From: Felis catus
Lineage: Eukaryota
Length of the DNA stretch: 64,000 nt
Assembly: GCF_018350175.1 (NCBI RefSeq)
Contig: NC_058373.1
Location: 107,200,001 to 107,264,000 of the forward strand
Direction of reading: 5' to 3'
Positions 52,761 to 64,000 of this stretch are shown one piece after another (position 1 is the first letter of the stretch; each line of letters opens with the position of its first letter). The notes under the pieces were generated by a model. It worked only from the letters and a program-made list of their open reading frames with translations. It was not told where the DNA came from and made no database searches. Both the position numbers and the translations under genes were made by a program.

Positions 52761-54059
52761 CCTTCTCCCCTGACCCCCAGGCACCTATACCTGAAGGGAA
52801 ACACCGACATTCTTTTTAGACCGTGCTCCTGGGCGGGAAATTACCTAATGTGGCCTGAAAACTGGACAAGAGACTCTTTCAAAGAGAGTCCTTAGGATTC
52901 CAGCGGGAGGATTAATTGTGTGGCCTTAAGGTCCGGACGCCAAACTCTTAACAAAGAGACCACCGTCAAGCATCCAGGTGACAAAATTTCAAAGGAGACA
53001 ATTCAGAAGCTTCTCTATGTCCCTAGTCCCCTTTCCCTCCCTTTGAGAGGTGTCTTTGTCAAGGATTTTGTATTCAAAAGGGTCCAAAATAGAATGTCAC
53101 TAGGGAATGTTCCCAGGGGGAAACATTTATGGTAAATTAAAAAGGGGAAAGTGCTTGAAAATCTTAAAATAAGCTGTATAAATAGCCCACGGAGGAGACA
53201 AAAACAAGAAGACTTCAAAAAGCATTTAACCTTGACTCACCTGGAGAGCTGGCAACACAACTGTGTTGAACACGGTGCAACTAAGCATATAGAGTATTGA
53301 ATCGGTGTGCTTAGCTCAGTGAGTAGGGTAAGGTGGAAGAGACTTAAGCTTTAGATTGTTACAAAGCATGAACATTTAAGTATTCTGTATGAACAGATTT
53401 TCTGTAAGTGTGTGTATAGTTCTCTGAAGGTGATACTCCTCCATTCTAAGTGCAGGTGTCTTCCAGATCAGTGCAGGATCAGCAGCCCTTTCAACAGCAT
53501 AGACAGATGGAAGGCTGCCCTCTGGTTTGAGGTGAAATGCCTGGGGGTGGAGTCGACTGCTGTTTGCAGTTATGTCTCTTTCTTGGTTTGCACGAGGTCT
53601 TAACTCAAAAAAGGATGAACCCACCTCTGCTCCTCTGATTTCTGTGGGTCAGTTAGGTCCACCTGCTGATGCTCTTTCTCAAAATCCAACACTTTAATGA
53701 CATCATCCTAACATCATCCTTCACGGTGGCCTTGTGTTGTTTCTGCTTCCCAATTACCCAAAACTGCCTATTTCGGCATATTATAAAGCAGCTGTTTAGC
53801 TTACCTGCTGTCATGATCAACTCGGTGACGTTTTCTTTTTCGTGGACAGGCTGCATTTTATTGCTGGTCAACCAAGATGTCATTTGATTTTGGACTTGAC
53901 TTGCTTTTGTACTACCCTGATGAAGCCAGCACTGATGTCTCTGGTTGATTTGCAATTCATAGTCATAGAAAAGACCTTGTGTTTTCACCCCATTGGAAAT
54001 ATCCAGTTAGGTACCCAGCTTTAGGACAATATCCGAGGTACATAACTTCCTTGAATTTT

Positions 54060-54320
54060 AAAAAATATGCTTTTTGTTTTAGAATAATTTTGACTTACAG
54101 AAAACTCACAAAAGAGTATGGAGAGTTCCCACCTACTCTTTACCCGGTTTTCCCTAATGTTAACATTTGAGATTACAATGATATATTTCTCCAAACAAAT
54201 TAACATTGGTGCAATATTATTAACTAAACGGTAGACTTTCTTTGGATTCACCAATTTTTCCATTGATGTCTTCTATTTCATAATCCAATCCAGAATACTA
54301 CATGGCATTTTGCTCCTTGA
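54060..54320 (-). mobile_element. Old L1 (L1MC-like) 3' end fragment
   Basis: ttttagaataattttgacttacagaaaa...ttttccctaatgttaacatt motif. Confidence 0.55.
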
Positions 54321-54354
54321 ATTGTTAAAGCATATTTATCGGAGCAAAGTAGAC

Positions 54355-54545
54355 AGGATATAGTATGGTTTAGTGGAAAAAATGTGGACTTGGGGATCAG
54401 CTAGCTAGACATAGGTTTAATCCCAGTTCTGCCATTTATTAGCGACTTGAGTATAAAAAGTGCCTGGGATTGTTGTGAGGATTAAATGAGATAAGATGTG
54501 CCGTAAAGCAACTGGCATGTAATTCATCTCTGCTAAATGTTTGTT
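54355..54545 (+). mobile_element. MIR SINE relic
   Basis: ggtttaatcccagttctgccatttattagc...ttgttgtgaggattaaatgagata. Confidence 0.65.
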
Positions 54546-55332
54546 ATCTTCTTCCTGATAGTGCAAAGTAGTAAACTTTTCAGTTTTATGTATCTAATGA
54601 AAATTCATTTGACTATATTATAGGGCGATCCAAGGTCAGGTCATAGGAATCTTCTTCAGGCTTATTATCAACTAAATATAGTTCATTTATTTGGAAAACT
54701 ATGTATTGGGTTTTTGCATGTCTTCTGAGTGTGTCCTTTGCTTCCAGAGCACCAAGTGCAATAGATTATGCAGAAGCAGCAGTGGCCTTTATGAATTTGC
54801 AGCCTATAGCTACATTGGTATTCTATAGCTCCAGGAGGAGATTCCTGTAGAACCAGAAGTGAAATGCAACACCGGGCTCTGGATTCCTTTAGCAGGCTAA
54901 GCCCCAGGCTCATTCTGGCAGCAATTCAAAGTGGGACCGGAAGTCCTGGACTCAAACTTTGGAATGGAACACCAGACTTCAGGGTGTATGGAGTTCATCT
55001 CAGAGCGCTGGTTTCAAATGATTTGTAAAATTGATGAATACTTCTACTTCCTTTGTCTGCCATGCTGTAAACACTGAGTCTGCAGTACTGATGTGCAGCC
55101 TAAAGCAGTGTTGTGATTTGGGAAAACAATTGAGGCTGGGCTTGTGTGAAGGTGAAAACCAACCTGCTTCTTTCCGTATCTTTGCCTTCCTGCCTGAAGG
55201 TAGTGATGAGAGCATGTGGAAATCTTTTGCCCTTTTAGTCTATTGAAGAAAATCTGGCTCAGCACAAAATTTTACACTTTGCTTAAAGATATTTTATGGT
55301 GTTGCCACCAAGAGCAGAGATGTTCTTTTTCA

Positions 55333-55555
55333 TTTTTTTTAATTTTTTTCAACGTTTTTTATTTATTTTTGGGACAGAGAGAGACAGAGCATGAACGGGG
55401 GAGGGGCAGAGAGGGAGGGAGACACAGAATCCGAAACAGGCTCCAGGCTCCGAGCCATCAGCCCAGAGCCTGACGCGGGGCTCGAACTCACGGACCGCGA
55501 GATCGTGACCTGGCTGAAGTCGGACGCTTAACCGACTGCGCCACCCAGGTGCCCC
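55333..55555 (-). mobile_element. Young SINEC_Fc-like SINE
   Basis: 17-bp TSD agagatgttctttttca (55316-55332 / 55556-55572). Confidence 0.94.
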
Positions 55556-55774
55556 AGAGATGTTCTTTTTCAAGGCTGACTTTGGCCGCCTTAATAGGCA
55601 GATAGATAAAGGGAAGGCCTACATAACTGTGTTTTGGTAGGTTCTTCCTATTTCCAAAGCTTATGTACTGGTACTGTTGAGGAACTAGGTTGCAAAGTAA
55701 TCTCCCAGGTACCGGAGGTGTTCTATTGTTATTTAGCTATCAATGGTTGATGATATGTAGTCAACATTTCTGAA

Positions 55775-56225
55775 GGGTCATTCATTTGCCAAATATTTAC
55801 GGAGTCCTAATTAATAACAGGTATTGCATTAGGTACTGAAGGATAGCAAGATGAACATATTGAGGTCTCTGACCCTGAGGAGCTTAAAATATGGTGGGAG
55901 AGATAAGACACATCCATTAGGAAATGCAACAGAGAGTATGGGAGTGGTGAGGATAAAGAGACTAATTTTGGGAGGCCAAAGGCAATGGGGAATGGAGTTT
56001 TAGCTGGGCCTTTAAGGACAAGAATTTTGAGAGGACAAGGATAGAGCTCACTAGAGGAAGATTGAATGAAATGAGTAAAGCATGGAGCCATGAAGGTATG
56101 TGGTATATTTCTGAATATATTGAGTAATTCAGCATGTCTGTGTTGTGGGGTTTATGTAATTGTGTGGTGGGAGAGTAGCTTAAAGGGCAGGTTGGAGATA
56201 GATTATGAAGGTCTTTGAATGGAAC
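55775..56225. mobile_element. L2 LINE relic
   Basis: tcattcatttgccaaatatttac...gtctctgaccctgaggagctta 3'-end motif. Confidence 0.6.
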
Positions 56226-58866
56226 GCTCAGTTTGCAGTGGTGCTCACGGTGGTTTGTGTACACAGTAGTCCGTGTGTAATATCATGGTCATGGGTGATT
56301 AGCCCAGGGATGGACACTTTCCCCAAACCAAAACATTCAGAATCCTCTTCTGGGGTTTTTCAAATTTTCATGAAGAAACAAAGTTAAGGCTGGGAGAGGG
56401 AGCCTTGGATATAATGCTTGGGACTTAGTAACCAAGCTATCTGCCTGTGGAGGATGCAGATGAGCAGTAGGTAGGAGGGGACCTAGTGAGTCTCATGGGT
56501 GGTAGTGGAGGGAGAAGAGCCTGGCAGAGACTGAGTGAGTGCCAGGTTCTAGTCATCTCCCAGGTGTAGCAGCATTCTTGCCGTTTTTGTGGTGATATGG
56601 ATTTCCCCGAGGAGCCAGAAAGGCCGCTTGGACTGGACTCAGCAGAAGGATGAATTTATTGGAACATAATATCAAACAACGTGAAAAACAGGAACGCAAC
56701 TGGTTGTGCTTAGAGACCTGCTGTCTCATTTCACCTGCCTCTTTCAAGTTAGTCTTTCCAAGGGGCTTTCCCCAGAAAGTTGGAACCAGGGCTCCCCGTA
56801 GTTCTTAATTCACACTTTCTAGCCCCGTTAAAGAGGTTCTACTGTTTTCCCTTTACTGCCAGTTTGAAAAATGTAAGGAGGATCTCTGGTTGTGCCAGTA
56901 AGGGTTATGTGTCAACCCCTAGGCCAGAGAGTCCGGATTGTGATTAGCAGGCACACTAAGAACCACTGAAGCCTGTGGGGGATGAGTTGTTTTCCATAAG
57001 AAGGGGGAGGGATGCTATCTTTAGTCTTGAGACAAAACCATAAATGTCCCCTAAGGATGGGGAAAGCCCAACCTGGGTCCTTGGGGCTGGGAAAGAGGGT
57101 CTGCAAGAGAGAAACACTGCCCCAGGGAGGTAGAATCTACTGAGATGGGAATGCTAGAGGAAGAGCAGATTTGGGAAGAGAAATAATGGGCCAGTTGGTC
57201 CACTGTTGGGATGCTGCTGTTTTTTAAAAAATATTTGTTTATTTTTTGGGTGAGTGCAAGCGGCGGGGGGTGCAGAGAGAGGGGGACAGAAGATCTGATG
57301 CGGGCTCTGGGCTGACAGGCTGATGGCAGCTAGCCTGATGTGGGGTTCGAACTCCTGAACCGGGAGATCATGACCTGAGCCAAAGCTGGACTTTCAACCA
57401 GCTGGGCTACCCAGGTGCCTCATGGGATGCTGCTGTTTTAAGACATGTAGGAAACCTGATTGTTTAGTGGGTTTTACAAAGACTGAAGTTCCATTTGAAT
57501 CAGAGTTCAGGTGCTGTCAGGGCTTTCCTTTTTTTTTTTTTTTTTAACGTTTTATCCATTTTCGAGACAGAAAGAGACAGAGCATGAACGGGGGAGGGGC
57601 AGAGAGAGAGGGAGACACAGAATCGGAAGCAGGCTCCAGGCTCTGAGCCATCAGCCCAGAGCCCGACGCTTGGCTCGAACCCATGGACCTCGAGATCGTG
57701 ACCTGAGCTGAAGTCGGACACTCAACCGACTGAGCCACCCAGGCGCCCCCAGGCTTTCCTCTTGAAAGCCTTCTGATCATTCTATGTTTGTGGACCCCAT
57801 GAGTAATAATGGTATACATTTCAGAGTTTCTATTATGTACGAGGCATTGTAGTAGTGCCTTCATACAAGTACCTGTCAGGTAATTTAATCATTACAGTAA
57901 CCCTGTGAAGCGTATTAAGTGGAAGAAAGTAACTGAGGTAAGGGAGGATAAGAAATTTGGCTCAAAAACCAGTCTGATTTAAGCGAAGGCCAAGTTCTTC
58001 CCATTTCATTGCTTCTTTTAGATACTACTACTGATGAGAATACCTATAGTACTGTTAATAATGGCTAACAGTTATTGAGCTCTTATTCTGTGCTAAGTAC
58101 TTTAAATGAGATATCTCATTTAATCTTTACATTGTCCTCAGTTTATGGTTGGAAAAACTGAGGCCTGAGGTCATGCAACTAGAAAGTGATGAAGTCAGCA
58201 CTTGAATCCAGCTCTCTTGAAGTCAGATGCCAAATCTATAAGCTCTACTTTCTATTGCCTCTAGCTTTGTGAGGATCATGCTCATCTGATAAGAGTTCCA
58301 AGTCAGCTGTTGCTACCATTCTTCTCTTATAGTAGTTTCCAACCTGGGAAGTGGATAAAGCTGGTAGCAATGTTTCCTTCCACAATCTTCAGTGCTTTCT
58401 TTGCCTTGATGTTAAGGTTTGGGTGAAAGGTAAACCAATTCACAAAGTGGTTGGGGGTCTCCTGTTCCAGGACATGATTAAAAGTGCCTTGTGGTAATAA
58501 ACAATAATGCCAAATTAATGGATGACTTCTCAATGTATTATTGCCTAAAATTTTTATTTGCTCACATATTCACTCTTTTACTGTAAGTTTCCTATTCTAT
58601 TAAAATATATTAAGATCCTAAAAGTTGTCTTTATTTTTAGAGAGCTTCACTGTGAGTCACATCACTGGTTTGGATGTGGTCTTTTTCAATAAGACAATAG
58701 CAGCATAATAAGCCTCCAGGTCAGCACAGCATTTGTATTGCCTATTTTAGTAAACTTATTTGATTAGCTCCTGGTAGTGAACAATGTTATGATCAAACTG
58801 ATGACATGATTTATTAGGTGAATCCCTATGTCTATGTACAAATATAAGCCCTGTGCTTATATATAA

Positions 58867-58994
<128 letters not shown>

Positions 58995-59005
58995 ATATAT
59001 AAGCC

Positions 59006-59405
59006 CTTTGGTCTGCTGGTTCCCAGATGTGATATCTGGGTTCATCAGATATCTAGGTTGTCAGGTTCGTCCTCTTGTAACCCATGGAAATCCCAACTGT
59101 ATTACCACACTGAGTTTCATACTGAGTTCACTGTTTAAAACAGTGGGAGTTGGGAGGTGGCTGGCTGGCTCGGTAGGGCACACAACTCTTAATCTTGGGG
59201 TCCTGAGTTTGAGCCCCATGTTGGGAGTGGAGCCTACTTAAAAAAAAGTGGGAGTTGGAATGTCGCTTTTTATGTTTTTATTGAAAAGAGCAAAAGTGCT
59301 ATCGACAGTTAAACTTACCATGTGTGTATATAGCTAGTATTCATTGTATGGGTTAATTTGAAAAACTTTGCATGTCTAATTCTGATGGAATTTGGACCAG
59401 ATTAC
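59006..59405 (+). repeat. Diverged direct-repeat copy A (paralog of 60611-60895), interrupted by a short SINE (about 59154-59246)
   Basis: Colinear shared blocks with 60611-60895; SINE TSD agtgggagttgg (59142-59153 / 59247-59258). Confidence 0.8.
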
Positions 59406-60119
59406 AAGATGATGCTTGGCTTAAAATTTTTTTCACAGTGAACTAGTATTTGATGCTCGTTCATTTATTCTTCACTCTACTTATTCAATAAATATCAACA
59501 TATCCTTGTTATGGCAATGAACATGTGTCCCTTACAGAGGGAGGAGTTTATCTAATAGATCTGTTTATAGGCTTTCTTTGCAATCCTGATAAATGCAGTG
59601 AATGTGGTTTACAACTGCCAAAGAGATTCAGGCTCTCAGATCTTACAATTGCTGAAATACAGTGTATATGGTTGGGGTGTTGGTGGGGGGGATGTAAGAA
59701 CCAGGTGACACCGGTTAAGCACACTTGACAGTCTTGAATTAAGTGACTCTGCAGAACAGATGCCAGAATTTAGTGAGAATCTGTAGTATTTAGGGTTGGT
59801 GTAGAGACTTTTGTTACAGGTAACTTTTTCAAACTTTTATTTGCGAACTTGTGCTTGCATGACTGTGCAAGTATAAAGGAGAATATAGAGCACATGCTTT
59901 CAAATTATTCAAAAGAAAATGCTAGTCTGAATTATTGATTATGTACACAGGGCATAAATCTTTGAAATCATGGTAATGCTTTCCAGACAGTACAAGGTGA
60001 AATCTGTGTGCCTAATTGTGACACAGTTCCTTAAAAAAATACTTCTACATGCATGGAGATGGAGCTTTGTGTACAATTTGACATTTTAATAGCTCTTCCC
60101 CGAAATCTAGGATAGTGCA

Positions 60120-60610
<491 letters not shown>

Positions 60611-60620
<10 letters not shown>

Positions 60621-60895
60621 CAGGTTCCCAGATGTAGTACCCAGCAGGTTGTCAGGTTTCCCCCTTCATAGCCGGGGTATTTCCAGGCTGTGTTGACAGC
60701 TGGGGTCCAGACATGCCGCTGGTTAAAAGCTTGGGGGATTGGAGTGTTTAATTTTACGGAAATGTTTTTATTGAAAAGGGCGAAATTGCTATGAAAACAA
60801 AATTACTGTGAATATATACTTCTATTTATTATGTAAGTTAATATGAAAACCGTCTATAAACCATTGTGTCCTGATGGAGTTGGGTTAGATTCTCA
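60611..60895 (+). repeat. Diverged direct-repeat copy B (MNAT1 intron 1; paralog of 59006-59405)
   Basis: Colinear shared blocks with copy A; contains TCAGGTTTC at 60652-60660. Confidence 0.8.
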
Positions 60896-60949
60896 TCGCT
60901 AAAAGGGAGTAAGTCTAGATTCTTGGCGGTTTTGGAGATGTAATGGTGG

Positions 60950-61160
60950 CTGGTATTTATTGAGTGCACATTATGTGCCAGGCAGTGTTCTAAGCGCTTT
61001 ACCATGAATTGTCTCACTTCATTCCCAAACAGCCCCATGAGGTAAGTATTAGTATCCTTACCATTTCACAGGGAAGGAGACTGAGACTGCTCAAGGTCCT
61101 TATTAAGTGGGCCCTACTAGAATTGGAACACAGGATGTCTGACTCCAGAACGCCCATTTT
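60950..61160 (-). mobile_element. MIR SINE relic in MNAT1 intron 1
   Basis: tatttattgagtgcacattatgtgccaggcagtgttctaagcgcttta...ccatttcacagggaaggagactgag. Confidence 0.7.
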
Positions 61161-62617
61161 GGGGGAGGGGAGGAGAAAGAAGGAGGTTAAGTTTGTTTAT
61201 TTTGAAGAATAAGTGCAGGAATTGGTCAGCATGTTTCTTGCTACATTTTTATAGTCACATGTGATTAGTAAACGTGGTTCTATAAAGCACTTGGGATTGA
61301 AGGTGGTGTATTATGGTGAGCATATATTCCTGTAGTTTCTCTGAGGTTTCTTAGAAATAAAAGGTGATGGGTAATCTACAGTGTGATAGACTAGGTCTTT
61401 GGGTAAGCATAAATTGCATGGTCAGTTGTAGTTATAATGATTATAATAAGGTTTATTAATGTATTGGTACTTTTTTCTAATTAACTTTTTTGTTATTTAT
61501 TTATATTTGAGAGAGAGAGACAGACGGAGAGACAGTGTGCGAGTGGGAGCGGAGCAGAGAGAGAGACAGAGACAGAATCTGAAGCAGGCTTCAGGCTCTG
61601 AGCTGTCAGCACAGAGCTCCACATGGGGTTTGAACTCCCAAACTGTAAGATCATGACCTGAGCCGAAGTCAGACACTTAGCTAACTGAACCACCCAGGCG
61701 CCCTGAGATGACTTATTTTTAATTAGAAATTGCTTTTGTTGTATCCTTAGTCCTTTTTGTTTTCTCATAAGAGTTAAGAATTGTCTAAGTTATTATGGGG
61801 CCTGGCTGGCTCAGTCAGTAGAGTGTTACACTCTTGATCTTGGGGTTGTGAGCTTGAGCCCCATGTTGGGTGTAGAGATTACTTAAAAAATAAAATCTTT
61901 AAAAAAGTAAGTTATTTTATTTATTTTGGTTATTTGCTAACTTGTTAGGTATAGACCACATTTTATAGTTCTTTTTTGACTTGAAATATGAACAAAATGG
62001 ATAAAAGAATATAGCGTATTAGATAAAAGAAGAAACTTATGATTTTGAATTTTTTACACAGTCCCTACAGGAACTGTGGCTTTGGGCAAATTACTAACAC
62101 CTTGGACTCATTTTTCTTTTTTGTGAGAGACAGCACGTGTGTGCTTGCACACACACTCATGCTAGTGGGGGAGGGGCAATGGAGAGAGAGAGAGAATCTT
62201 AAGAAGGCTCCATGCCCAGCTCAGAGCTGGAGTGGAGCCTGGCTGCAGGTTTTGATTCCAAGACTGGGAGATCATGACCTCAGTTGAAATCAAGAGTCTG
62301 TTGCTCAACCACCTGAGCCACCCAGGCACCCCTCATTTTTCTTACCTGAACAATAGAGACAGTAGCACTACCTATATTACAGTGTTTGAGGATTAAATAT
62401 ATAAAATATTTGGAGGTGTTTTGTAGAGTTTCTGTCTCTGTTGTCAAATATAGTATTTGTTTAATATATATTGGTTATATTATCATTATTACTTGTGAGT
62501 AGTATGTGTGCTAAGCAGAGATGAAATTAAAACAGGAGTCATTTGGGCTACTATGTAGGACTTGTACAATAATGATTATCTTTAAATGAATTTAAGAGAC
62601 TATAAAATGTCAAAATA

Positions 62618-62844
62618 GGGGCGCCTGGGTGGCGCAGTCGGTTAAGCGTCCGACTTCAGCCAGGTCACGATCTCTCGGTCTGGGAGTTCGAGCCCCGCGT
62701 CAGGCTCTGGACTGATGGCTCAGAGCCTGGAGCCTGTTTCCGATTCTGTGTCTCCCTCTCTCTCTTTCCTCCCCCGTTCATGCTCTGTCTCTCTCTGTCC
62801 CAAAATAAATAAATGTTGAAAAAAAAAATTAAAAAAAAAAAAAA
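62618..62844 (+). mobile_element. Young SINEC_Fc-like SINE in MNAT1 intron 1
   Basis: Canonical body; flanking duplication gtcaaaata. Confidence 0.92.
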
Positions 62845-62924
62845 GTCAAAATAATAGCTTTAATTCTAATGATCTGTAATTTTCTTTTTTAAGATTTTAT
62901 TTATTTTAACGTTTATTTGTTTTT

Positions 62925-62960
<36 letters not shown>

Positions 62961-63502
62961 CGAGTGGGGGAGGGGCAAAGAGAGAGGGAGACACAGAATC
63001 TGAAACAGGCTCCAGGCTCTGAGCTGTTTGCATAGAGCTCAACATGGGGGTTGAACTCCCGAACCAAGAGATCATGATCTGAGCTGAAGTCTGATGCTTA
63101 ACCAACTGAACCACCCAGGCACCCCTTTAAGATTTTATTTTTAAGTAGTATCTGCGCCCAATGTGGGCTTGAACTCATGACCCCCAGGTCAAGAGTTGCA
63201 TGCTCTACCAACTGAGCCAGCCAAGTGCCTCTGTAATTTTTTTTTTTTTAATGTTTATTTATTTTGAGAGAGAGAGGATGTGCCCTGGTGCGAGCAGGGG
63301 AGGGACAAAGAGAGAGGGAGAGAGAGAGAATCCCACGCAGGTTCAGCTGCTGTCAACTCGGAGCCCGATACAGGGCTCAGTCTCATGAACTGTAAGATCA
63401 TGACCTGAGCTGAAACCAAGAGTCAGACGCTTAACTGACTGGGCCACTCAGGCACACCTTTGTAGTTTTCTTGATATGAACTTGTTATCATGTTCTTTCT
63501 TG

Positions 63503-63504
<2 letters not shown>

Positions 63505-63544
<40 letters not shown>
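63505..63544. repeat. (AT)n microsatellite
   Basis: Directly visible. Confidence 0.95.
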
Positions 63545-63547
<3 letters not shown>

Positions 63548-64000
63548 ACCTTTTAAAATATTCGTATATTGGATATCTTTTGTAAATCAGTGTGTATATG
63601 TCTTCCTCTTTATTTTTAACCGTTGGATGGTAGTTCAGTGTTCAGTTAAACTATAATTGATTTAACCAAAAAACATTTTTTTAAGTTTATGTATGTTTTT
63701 AGTAATCTCTACACCCACTATGGGCTCAAACTCACAACCCTGAGATCAAGAGTCGCATTCCCTCTCCGACCGAGTCAGCGAGGTGCCCCATTTAACCAAA
63801 ATCTTTTTTTAAGTTTTTTTAAATGCTTATTCATTTTTGAGAAACAGAGACAGAGTGAGAGTGGGGGGAGGGCAGAGAGGGAGGGAGACACAGAATTTGA
63901 AATAGGCTCCAGGCTCTTAGCTGTAAGCACAGAGCCCGATGGGGCCTTGAACCCATGAACCGTGAGGTCATGACCTGAGCTGAAGTCAGACACTCAACCA

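Overview
Eukaryotic (mammalian) genomic DNA, not prokaryotic. Dense CAN-SINEs of the SINEC_Fc type and feline-style L1 3' ends point to a felid such as the domestic cat. The window holds the complete three-exon SIX4 gene on the minus strand (CDS 52364-51493, 48769-48084, 44440-43644; 784 aa; about 3.5 kb 3' UTR). It also holds the first coding exon of MNAT1 on the plus strand (60338-60426), divergent from SIX4. From conserved SIX6-SIX1-SIX4-MNAT1 synteny, the CpG island at the left edge is probably upstream of SIX1 (inference; SIX1 itself is not in the window). The 4-39 kb interval is intergenic and repeat-rich (SINEs, old and young L1, L2, MIR, MER5, LTRs). It includes a dead, full-length ferritin light chain (FTL) processed pseudogene that keeps an intact iron-responsive element. 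I found no convincing new multi-gene system. The most notable unexplained structures are: an old diverged duplication bracketing the MNAT1 promoter and exon 1; a cluster of perfect SIX-binding MEF3 motifs around SIX4/MNAT1; the intact IRE and odd poly(G) junction of the FTL retrocopy; and a microsatellite apparently born from a tail-only retrotransposition. Repeat family names were assigned by eye and their boundaries are approximate.
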